This document shows, piece after piece, positions 49,404 to 58,600 of a DNA stretch of 64,000 nucleotides. Made by a program: the position numbers and the translations under genes. Position 1 is the stretch's first letter. Every line of letters starts with the position of its first letter. The DNA is from Candidatus Terrybacteria bacterium RIFCSPHIGHO2_01_FULL_43_35 (GTDB lineage: Bacteria > Patescibacteriota > Minisyncoccia > Terrybacterales > GWB1-40-14), in the NCBI GenBank assembly GCA_001822815.1, contig MHSR01000013.1, positions 149,093-213,092 of the forward strand, read 5' to 3'. The notes beneath the pieces were generated by a model that saw only the letters and a program-made list of their open reading frames with translations, made no database searches and was not told where the DNA came from.

Positions 49404-49592
49404 ATGGAAAATAAAATAAAATATGTGTGTACCGGCGGCTGCGGCGGTTCGGTCACAGAAGAAGAATATAATTCCGACAATACGGTTTGCGGAACGCTTA
49501 CGTGTCCAAAATACGGACAACCATTTGAGAAAAAGATATATTGCGTGGTTTGCGGACAGGAACTTACTGCGGGTGAAGTGCATCAACACTAG
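49404..49592 (+). CDS. Small Cys-rich zinc-ribbon protein
   Basis: YVCTGGCGG, CGTLTC, CVVCG, HQH. Confidence 0.7.
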   Translation: MENKIKYVCTGGCGGSVTEEEYNSDNTVCGTLTCPKYGQPFEKKIYCVVCGQELTAGEVHQH

Positions 49593-49609
49593 AACATCCT
49601 ACTTCGTAA

Positions 49610-50341
49610 ATGAAAAATCATACAGAAAATAAATTACATATCTGGCGAGTTACTCCGCATGCTATTTTCGCTTCATTCGCTATTGTGGGGGTTACTATTG
49701 CGCTGGTTGCGGTCACAATTTTATCAGGTATTTCGCCACATGAGTTATTTACCGGTCTTTTGGCCAGTTTCTTGAGAGTGTGCATCGCCTTCGTAATTTC
49801 TCTTGTTCTGGCAGTAGTTATAGGTATTTTGCTCACACGTAATACAAAGATTGAAAATTTTATATTGCCATTTTTGGATCTTATGCAAAGCTTCCCTAAT
49901 TTTGCGATATTACCCTTGATTTTGGTATGGTTTAGTTCCAAGACCCTTGCCGTAATAACCATCCTTATCATAACCATGATTTGGCCAATACTTTTTGCAG
50001 TAATAGGAGGAACAAAATCTTCACGTAACGATTTGGCGGAGGCGGCAACAGTTTTTGGCGCAAAAGGTTGGAGGCGGTGGCGGTATTTTTATATACCGAC
50101 GCTTTTCCCCGCCATCATTACCGGTTCAATAGTGGGTTGGGGAGAGGGTTGGGAGGCTGTGGTAGGCGCGGAGATTATTGCACGGGCCGGAGGCATAGGC
50201 ACTTCCATCGCGCATGCTACAGAAACTGGTCAGACGCAGTTATTTTTGACGCTTCTTGCACTTCTTCTTTTCGTGATATTCCTTTTCAATTCTTGGGTGT
50301 GGCTCGCATTGCTTAAGCGCTCAGCCAGATTCAATATATGA
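49610..50341 (+). CDS. ABC transporter permease (NitT/TauT/SsuC family)
   Basis: EAATVFGA loop, AE motif. Confidence 0.9.
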   Translation: MKNHTENKLHIWRVTPHAIFASFAIVGVTIALVAVTILSGISPHELFTGLLASFLRVCIAFVISLVLAVVIGILLTRNTKIENFILPFLDLMQSFPNFAILPLILVWFSSKTLAVITILIITMIWPILFAVIGGTKSSRNDLAEAATVFGAKGWRRWRYFYIPTLFPAIITGSIVGWGEGWEAVVGAEIIARAGGIGTSIAHATETGQTQLFLTLLALLLFVIFLFNSWVWLALLKRSARFNI

Positions 50342-51078
50342 ACGATACAATTTTATCGGTCAAAAATCTTTCTTACGGATATGCTTCTGAAAGAGATAAC
50401 AGTTACGCCCTCCGAGACGTAAATTTTTCGGTTAAAAGGGGAGAATTTTTTGTGATCCTGGGGCCTTCGGGTTGCGGCAAATCCACATTGCTGCGTCTTA
50501 TAGCAGGATTGATGCCAATACAAGACGGATCCATAATTTTTGATCCCCCGACCATGGCCGAACGTCGTTCTATGGTTTTCCAGTCTTTTGCCATTTTCCC
50601 TTGGCTTACTGTTAAAGATAATATTCTTTTCGGCTTGAATATGCACGGCATGAATCAAGATGAACAGGATAAAGTCGCAGATTTTTACGTAAAAGAATTG
50701 GGTTTGGATGGTTTTGGCGAACATTATCCAGCAGATTTATCTGGTGGTATGCGTCAAAGGGTGGGGTTAGCCAGGGCCTTGGCAATTGATCCGGAAGTTC
50801 TTTTGATGGACGAACCATTTTCGCAACTGGACTCATTTACCGCAGCAAGGTTGCGCAAAGATGTTCTTGATATATGGGCGCGAGAACACATGACAGTTAT
50901 AATGGTTACTCATCTAATAGAAGAAGCTATAGAGCTTGCCGACCGCATATTAGTGATGACGGCGCGACCAGGGACGGTTGAATCTATTGTTGAAAATACC
51001 GTTTCTCGTCCGCGCAACGATCGCATGCCCGAATTCTGGAAAATAGAAGATTTGTTGACCGAAATGGTCAAGTTCTAA
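50338..51078 (+). CDS. ABC transporter ATP-binding protein (NitT/TauT family)
   Basis: GPSGCGKST, LSGGMRQRV, LMDEPFS.LD, VTH. Confidence 0.95.
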   Translation: MNDTILSVKNLSYGYASERDNSYALRDVNFSVKRGEFFVILGPSGCGKSTLLRLIAGLMPIQDGSIIFDPPTMAERRSMVFQSFAIFPWLTVKDNILFGLNMHGMNQDEQDKVADFYVKELGLDGFGEHYPADLSGGMRQRVGLARALAIDPEVLLMDEPFSQLDSFTAARLRKDVLDIWAREHMTVIMVTHLIEEAIELADRILVMTARPGTVESIVENTVSRPRNDRMPEFWKIEDLLTEMVKF

Positions 51079-51246
51079 AAGATTCCACTGTAGGCTTACC
51101 CACCGAAATCCAACAGTAAAGCGTATACTTTCTCATAAGAATAGATAGCAACCATTTAAAAAAGTTAATTTGACAGCAATTTGGGTTAATGATAAGCTTG
51201 GGTGAGGTTTTGTTTTTTTGCTAATTAATCTTAATTTAAAATTTTT

Positions 51247-52017
51247 ATGGAAGGCTCAAAAGAAATAAAGTTTCAAGTTCCAAATATAAATTTTAACCTG
51301 TCAACACCAGGCGCTATAATTCTCGGCGCCTGTATAATTGCTGGCACGATCTTATATACGGGTAGCGGGGCCAATTTGCGATATTTGGCTCGCCTTAGCA
51401 ATGCGCCTGCGATACAAGATGTCGGCAATCAGCCGAGCCAAGCCGTCAAGGATAATGGAGCCGCAGATTCCGGTCAGAAAGCGAATGTAACGCTCGGCGA
51501 TCTGCCATACCTTGGAGATGCCAACGCGTCCGTTGAGGTTGTTGAGTGGGGAGATTTCCAATGCCCGTTCTGTAAGAGATTTTTTGATGACGTTGAGAGT
51601 AAACTCATAACCGATTACGTTAATACCGGTAAAATTAAGTTTGCTTTCCGCGACTTTGCTTTTCTAGGTCAGGAATCTAGCGATGCCGCAAACGCAGCGC
51701 GTTGCGCCAATGCCCAAGGTAAATTCTGGAACTACCACGATTATCTTTATACCAATCAGGGCGGTGAGAACCAGGGGGAGTTTTCAAAAGCTAATCTTAA
51801 GCAATTCGCTCAAACCATTGGTTTGAATAGCGCCCAATTTAATGCGTGCGTTGACGCCGATACTTATCAGGCACAGGTTGAAGCCGACAAATCCGCGGGC
51901 GATGAGGCAGGAGTTGCCGGAACACCAGCGACGTTTGTTAACGGGAAACTTATCAGCGGCGCGCAGCCATATTCGGTTTTCCAGCAAGCCATAAATGATG
52001 CGTTGGCTGGTCAGTAG
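51247..52017 (+). CDS. dsbA: DsbA family protein
   Basis: DFQCPFC, CANAQGKFW, GTP. Confidence 0.92.
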   Translation: MEGSKEIKFQVPNINFNLSTPGAIILGACIIAGTILYTGSGANLRYLARLSNAPAIQDVGNQPSQAVKDNGAADSGQKANVTLGDLPYLGDANASVEVVEWGDFQCPFCKRFFDDVESKLITDYVNTGKIKFAFRDFAFLGQESSDAANAARCANAQGKFWNYHDYLYTNQGGENQGEFSKANLKQFAQTIGLNSAQFNACVDADTYQAQVEADKSAGDEAGVAGTPATFVNGKLISGAQPYSVFQQAINDALAGQ

Positions 52018-52082
52018 ATCTTAAATTATGTTGCAAAGCCCCCTGGTTTGTAGCCAGAGGGTTTTTGTTTTGCGGTTAAGGT

Positions 52083-52625
52083 TTATGCGCCGTAAGAGGG
52101 ATATTGTTCGCTGCTACCCTCTTTTTGATTTAAATATCTTGCCATTACAAAAAGTAGGGACGAGACGCGATTTAGAAATTTTATCAATAATCCAGCGTCT
52201 TTTATTTTTGTTCCAACCACGGCCCTCTCGGCTCTTCGGACCACGGTCCGCGCAAGATGCATGCTGGTTACGGCGGCACTACCAGAAGGTAAAATAAAAG
52301 CTTTGAGTTGCGGTAAATCCGAATCGAATAGTTCAATAAAGGCTTCTATTTTGCCGATGTGATCCTGGCTGATTGTTTGGCTTTTGTTAGTCGTAGAATA
52401 TAAAGATGATACTTCGGCTCCAGCAGTAAAAAGAACATTTTGGAGATAAGCCAAGGCTTCAAGAATTTGCGGGTCTTTTGCGAATGAGGCAGTCAAACCA
52501 AGACAGGCGTTGGCCTCGTCAATTATACCCACGGCGTTTATCAACGGGTCGCTTTTTGATAATCTTTCCCCGCCCCATATTCCGGTTTCTCCGGTATCTC
52601 CCTTGCCCGTGAAAGCTCGCGACAT
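52083..52625 (-). CDS. pduO: ATP:cob(I)alamin adenosyltransferase, PduO type
   Basis: FTGKGDTGET, GIIDEAN, FILP, RTVVRRAER, LNRVS. Confidence 0.92.
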   Translation of the reverse strand: MSRAFTGKGDTGETGIWGGERLSKSDPLINAVGIIDEANACLGLTASFAKDPQILEALAYLQNVLFTAGAEVSSLYSTTNKSQTISQDHIGKIEAFIELFDSDLPQLKAFILPSGSAAVTSMHLARTVVRRAERAVVGTKIKDAGLLIKFLNRVSSLLFVMARYLNQKEGSSEQYPSYGA

Positions 52626-52672
52626 ATTTTTTATTTAAAGATTCTCAAAAATTTTTATAATTGATGATTTTT

Positions 52673-53809
52673 CTATTTTTCTTCGTCAGACGAATCCCAT
52701 TCCGCCACCTGCACCGCTACATCTTTTTTACGATTTTCTCTTAGTATGGTTAAAATTATTGCTGTACCAACCTTTGCGCGCATTAAATGCGCGCCGAACG
52801 GTTCATGCTGGTTTATATTTTGACCATTGACCGCGACAATTACATCTCCCTTTCTTAAACCAGCCGTATCTGCCGGACTGCCCGGCGTTACGGCCTCTTC
52901 TTTATGACCGCGGCTTGATATCAATGCCCCGGCGTTAACACTAAGCCCTAATTCTCCTTTGATCATTTCGTTTATCGGCAGATACTTGATGCCAAGATAA
53001 GGCTTTCTTATATGACCAAAGCGTTTTAATTCTTCAAGATCTTTTATGGCCGTATCTATGGGGACGGCAAAAGATAAGCTTTGCGCTCCTACGATCATGG
53101 CGACGTTTATGCCTATTACTTCGCCATCCATATTTACCAGTGGGCCGCCTGAATTACCTGGATTTATGGCGGCATCAGTTTGTATAAGCCCAAAGAGCTC
53201 CTCGGCCCGGCCCTGGTCATCAAGCTGGGCCATGAGCGAGCGGGAAAGCCCGGATATTATTCCAGCAGAGGCGGTATTGGTGAATTGCCCATAGGCATTG
53301 CCTATGGCTATAACCTCTTCACCAAGTGCAAGTTTTTTGGCCGTTCCAAGGGGCGCCACAGGCAAATTTTTTGCATCTATCTTTATTATAGCCAAGTCGC
53401 CAGTGGGGTCCTTGGCTAGTATTTTTACAGGAAATTTTCTTTCATCTGGAAGGGTAACAAAATATTTTTCATGGATTCGACTTCGCTCACCATGACCTCT
53501 TCGAGCCCGAAGACTCTTCAGACGTTCGTCCCGAGGACTTAGTCCCGAGGGAGTCTGAACGGCCTGAGTCGAATCGAATGGTTCATCATCAGATACAACG
53601 TGTTTGTTGGTTAGAATAATTCCATCTTCAGATACGATAAAGCCGGAGCCGCCAGATGCCTCCAGCAAGGTTTCGTCATTTGTATTAATTCCCGCGTTTT
53701 CTCCACTAAGCACGTATTTTTCTTCGAATACTTTGCGGGGAGCGCTGGCAATAGACACAACTGCCGGTGCCACGCGTTCAATTGCTCGAGTTAAAGGTGA
53801 TTTAGTCAT
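52673..53809 (-). CDS. htrA: HtrA/DegP-like serine protease with PDZ domain and an in-frame repeat insertion
   Basis: GSGFIV, TNKHVV, DLA, QTDAAINPGNSGGPL, PDZ; 38-codon insertion after the catalytic His. Confidence 0.93.
   Translation of the reverse strand: MTKSPLTRAIERVAPAVVSIASAPRKVFEEKYVLSGENAGINTNDETLLEASGGSGFIVSEDGIILTNKHVVSDDEPFDSTQAVQTPSGLSPRDERLKSLRARRGHGERSRIHEKYFVTLPDERKFPVKILAKDPTGDLAIIKIDAKNLPVAPLGTAKKLALGEEVIAIGNAYGQFTNTASAGIISGLSRSLMAQLDDQGRAEELFGLIQTDAAINPGNSGGPLVNMDGEVIGINVAMIVGAQSLSFAVPIDTAIKDLEELKRFGHIRKPYLGIKYLPINEMIKGELGLSVNAGALISSRGHKEEAVTPGSPADTAGLRKGDVIVAVNGQNINQHEPFGAHLMRAKVGTAIILTILRENRKKDVAVQVAEWDSSDEEK
53468..53586. repeat. Nested palindromic element inserted in frame in htrA
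   Basis: ttcat direct repeats 114 bp apart; imperfect inverted ends attcgacttcgctca / tgagtcgaatcgaat. Confidence 0.8.
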
Positions 53810-54144
53810 GTGCCGTCGTTGCCCGCGAGCTTGCTCGCGGTTGCAACGACGTGCATCCTAAAGGAGCAAAGCGACGAGGGATTACCTTAATTACATTTGC
53901 CCACGAGCAGTTCGGCAGGCTCACTGTAAACCGCGCGAGTAGTCCTGTATTACCGGATCCGAGCGACTTGTCCTGAGCCGAGTCGAAGGAATTCGAAGGA
54001 TTAAATTTATTTTATCAGCATAATTCATAAAGCGGAAGTATTAACTCCTACGCCTATATGTGCGTGGGGTTGATCCCTTTAGAGATCTCGCCCGCGCTTG
54101 GCGCGCCCAAGGGGCCTAGAGGGGCGGGCTATCTCTAACAGGAT
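53810..54144. repeat. Cluster of REP/MITE-like palindromes
   Basis: cgtcgttgc-ccgcgagcttgctcgcgg-ttgcaacgacg; cttgtcctgagccgagtcgaagga; actcctacgc..gcgtggggt; atccctttagagat..atctctaacaggat. Confidence 0.65.
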
Positions 54145-54205
54145 TGACTTTTATTTAATAAATGATAAATAATACAAACCAGTTCTTTTCAGCAAAAGGA
54201 GCAGT

Positions 54206-54559
54206 ATGTCTAAAGGATTAACAAATAGCAACGACAAAGCATTGCCTTTTGAGCCCAATCTTGATGCCCAAGCTTCTTCGCACCGTTCATGGTATGTTCG
54301 TTGTTTCGTATGCCCTCAGGCCTACATGGGACTACATAGAGCCATAAATGTGTATGCCGATAGTTTTAAAATCGCAACCCAGTTAGTTGTTTTGTTTCTA
54401 GGCCGCGCGTACGTTGTTCCGGCCGGTCAAGAAGATAAATTTTCTATAGCTATCGGCGCATGTGATGAGCATGCTTCCAATCTTGATAAGTTGGTTGCGT
54501 TGACCCGGGACTCAAAGACAATTAATGCCGCTGTTGTGCGTGAGGCTCAAAACGCTTAA
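54206..54559 (+). CDS. Hypothetical protein (CxxC and CxxH)
   Basis: SD aaggag; terminator 54565-54597. Confidence 0.65.
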   Translation: MSKGLTNSNDKALPFEPNLDAQASSHRSWYVRCFVCPQAYMGLHRAINVYADSFKIATQLVVLFLGRAYVVPAGQEDKFSIAIGACDEHASNLDKLVALTRDSKTINAAVVREAQNA

Positions 54560-54810
54560 TTTTAAAAACGGCCAAATCATAAGCCGTTTTTATTTTTTGC
54601 TAAACTTAAGATATCGTTTAAATGTTTGTTGCTTGACGCCCTCAGCGCCTAATTGCTTTAGTGATGCGCGATTGGGCACACCTTTCTTCTATCATTGCGT
54701 AGTGTATCAGTAAAAAGAATTTAAATGAGATGATAAAAATAGATTAGAACTTAGGATTGCCTACTAGGCTATAGTAACTATTTCTATTCTGAATGTTATA
54801 ATGAGTTATT

Positions 54811-55436
54811 ATGCGGATTCATTCAGTGGACAAAATTAAAGAACTGAGAAAATTACGACGTAAAGGCCACAGCATCAATGAACTTGTTTCACTATGCGTC
54901 ATTCCAAAAACTACCGTATGGTATCATATCCATAATATTAAACTTTTGCCAAAATATGAAAAAACTTTAAAAGCTAAGATAGGAGGGAATACGCAACGCA
55001 AGCAAAAAAGATTAGAAGTAGCTAGAAAAAACGCAGCACAATTATTGAGGGGTTCAGATAGGGATTTATCAATTGCAATCGCAATGCTTTATTGGGGAGA
55101 GGGCAACAAAAAAGTTGCGAATTTATTAACTCAGATGGCTGTATGATACGAGTTTATTTGTTTATATTGAGGGAAGTATTCCGCATTCCCGAAGAATTTA
55201 TAAAACCAACAATGAGGATTTTTGATGGTATGGATAAAACGCAATGCTTACAGTATTGGGCCGATGTTACCAATATTCCTAAGAACAAATTTATTATCCG
55301 ATACAACGATGGTGGAACTAGAGGAAGAACAAAATACGGTATGTGCAGAATAACTGTTAGAAAAGGAAGTAATGTTTTAAAAGTAATTCATTCTTTGGTT
55401 GATCAGTTTTCTGATGAAATATTAAAAGCGACATAG
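54811..55436 (+). pseudogene. HTH plus LAGLIDADG-like protein abutting a tRNA gene, frameshifted at an A6 run near 55110
   Basis: HTH (LRRKGHSINELV...PKTTVWY), helix IAIAMLYWGEGNKK, then -1 frame SCEFINSD...YWADVTNIP...YGMCRI. Confidence 0.7.
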
Positions 55437-55445
55437 ATTTTGAAA

Positions 55446-55518
55446 GCCCTCGTAGCTCAACGGATTAGAGCGCTCCCGTCCTAAGGGATCGATCGGGGTT
55501 CAATTCCTCGCGAGGGCA
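55446..55518 (+). tRNA. tRNA-Arg(CCT)
   Basis: gccctcg/cgagggc acceptor stem, tccc-gtCCTaa-ggga, ggttcaattcc T arm. Confidence 0.9.
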
Positions 55519-55690
55519 CAGTCTACATTTTTTAGCGAGGGACCGAGTGGCCCGGCTCGCAAGGGCGACCGATATACCTTGTTTTGCAAGGCATTTTTGT
55601 TTTATCTAGATTCGAATCCTGTTTTGCTGTGGGAATTGCCAAGTAGTATAGTGTAAGTAGTAGCATCACTATAATCATATATAATTATTC

Positions 55691-58600
55691 ATGAATAAAT
55701 TTTCTTTTTTATGTAAATGCGGCGCCATCCTTTTTGGCGTTTTTTTGTTCATTACAATACCAACTTTAGCGCATGCTAAAGATTTCGTAGAGGGAACAGG
55801 AACGCATTTTGAAATTCAAGGTAGCCAATATTTAGATGTTACTCTTGATAGCTCAGAAGAGGTTAAAGTTCGTTTAGATTCGGTGCCGCAAATGATTTTA
55901 TTGAATATAGAATCAACAAACGTATCTACTTCCACAAACATTATGCTCTCTGGTTTGGAGCCCAACCACACCTATTATAAATACCAAGATGATTATCACA
56001 ATCTCACCGAAGTCCTAACAGACGCTCAAGGCGCATATTCATACGCTCAAGACATTTCTATACCACGTTTTATTTTCATCCAACCAACCCCAGGCACCAA
56101 GTTTATAAGCGATAGCGCAACGGGCGGGGACTGCACAACTATTGGTAATTGGAATTCCGCGACTAAAACCTGCACGCTTACAGGCAACGTTAATCAAACT
56201 ATTCAAATTGATAGCGATGGCATAACATTGGATGGAGCCGGTTACGCAAATACGGGTTCAAATACTGGATTTGGAGTTTATGTTTATCAAAAATTAGATA
56301 TTACGATTAAAAACGTAACCCTTTCCGCATTTACCATTGGAATTTATGCCTTACGTTCTTCTTATAATCAGTTCATAAACAATATTTTTTCATATAATCA
56401 ATTTGGCATAGCTATGGATCTATCGACCAACGCCACGGTCGCCAATAACATTATGACCATAAATAATAGAGGTATCTATGCATTCGCGAATCCTGATAAT
56501 CCGACATCAGACCATATAATCTACGGCAATCACATCAGCGGTAGTATAATAGCCGGAATTCACCTGGCTTTTAATGCGGGGGACACGGTTTACAAGAACC
56601 ACATCGAAAATAATGATATTGGAATTTTTCTGCAATACTTTTCCGGGGTAGGCTCATATACTGTTTATAACAATAATTTTATTAATAATGTCTCTCAAGC
56701 GCTTAGTGTCGACGGCCAAACCGTTGCTAATCTCGATAAACCCATTGGGGGCAATTATTGGAGCGATTATGACGCTCCTGCTGAAGGTTGCAATGATGCA
56801 AACAGCGATAACTTTTGCGACGCGCCTTACATTTTCAACTACGGTCAGGATAATTTACCATGGATAATTCAAGACGGGTGGACCTTGCTACCAGAAACAG
56901 AAGTTGCCTTCAATAGCGCCTCATCAACCCCCAACGTACTTTTAAATGCCGAACCGGTTAATACTCTTTACGGTAATTATCTTCGCGCAGAAAATAACTT
57001 AAAAGTTCCTGGCTTGGGAGTAACCACTGAATTTTCTGCTTCATATAATTCACTTTCAGAAGAAGCAGGTTCGCTTGGCCACAAATGGACGCATAACTAT
57101 GCAATGCGTATTGATTTATATTCTGATGGCGTTGTCGTTGTAAATGAAGACGGCAGACAAGATGCATATGAAAAAAATGGCGGCATATATACTCCACGTC
57201 CGGGCATCTTTGATGCGCTCGTTAAGAATCAAGACGATTCATTCACGCTTACGCGCAAGAACCAAACCGTGTTTGAGTTTGATGCAGACGGCATCCTCGA
57301 AACTATCAGCGACAAGAACGGTAACACAACTACATTGGTGCATACAAGCGGTCTTTTAACCAGTGTTACGGATGCCGTGGGCCGTACCACCCAATTTACA
57401 TACGACACAGAAAATCGAATTATCACCGTTACTGACCCTGCCAACCAGCAATTCAATTATACGTACGACACAGCCGGGGACTTGGTTACGTTTACGAATC
57501 CTAATAGCGAAATAGCAACGTATTTCTATGACACAGACCACAACCTCACGAAAATAGTGGACGCCAACGGCCATACGGTTGTTGAAAATACATACCAGGA
57601 TGGTCAAGTTGTTTTGCAGAAAGACGGTTTGGGAAATCAAACCACATATTCTTACAGCACAACTCCAACCCGTAGTACATTAATTACTGATCCCAGAGGC
57701 GGTCAAACAACTCATATCTATGATGCTGACTTACGAATTGCAACAGTTATTGATGCTTTAGGTAATACAACCGCATATGAATATGACGCGAACAATAACC
57801 GTATAAGTATTACGGATGACAATAATCATGAAACTACATTTACATATGACGCCCACGGGAATGTCCTTACCATCACTGACCCGTTGAACAATACGACCAC
57901 GTTCACCTACGACAGTAAAAATAACGTGCTTACAGAAACAAACGCTCGTAATTTCACCACAACGTTTACTTATGACGCCAACAGCAACCTTCTTACGGTA
58001 ACGGATGCCTTAAGCGGCGTTACAATATTTACCTACAATACGCTTGGTCAGCTCATAGAAAAAGAAGACGCGCGTGGCAACAGCGCATTCTTTACTTACG
58101 ATACATACGGAAATGTAAACAAAATCACTGATGCATTAGGAAATGAAACGCATCTTACGTTTGATGTTTTGTCGCGCCTCACATCTATTACAGACGCATT
58201 AAATCATACTTCAAGTACAACGTATGACGCAGTTGGACGGTTGTTAACTACAACTGATCCGTTGAATAACACAACTACATTTGTATATGATGATGTTGGT
58301 AATCTTGTATCTGTTATAGACGCAAAAAGTCAAACAACTACTTATTTATACGACGCTAATAACCGTCTTACGCAAGTTACAGATGCCGTAAGTGGCATAA
58401 CCACATATAGTTATGACGCTACTAATAACCGCACGGCTGTACATGACGCAAATAACAACACAACGAATTATGAATATAGCTTGGTTAATAAACTCACTAA
58501 ACAAATTGATGCCCTAAGCGCGCAAACTCAATATCAGTACGATGGAGTAGGTAATGTTACGAGCTATATAAATGCCAACGGTCAGACAGTTGGTTTTGCC

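Noticed and set aside
55100-55120. Programmed A_AAA_AAG -1 frameshift in the HTH/LAGLIDADG-like gene
   Set aside because: The heptamer is not in the required reading phase (codons are aac aaa aaa gtt); an indel is more likely
54600-55690. Integrase-type genomic island attachment site at tRNA-Arg(CCT)
   Set aside because: No integrase and no clear duplicated tRNA 3' end within the window
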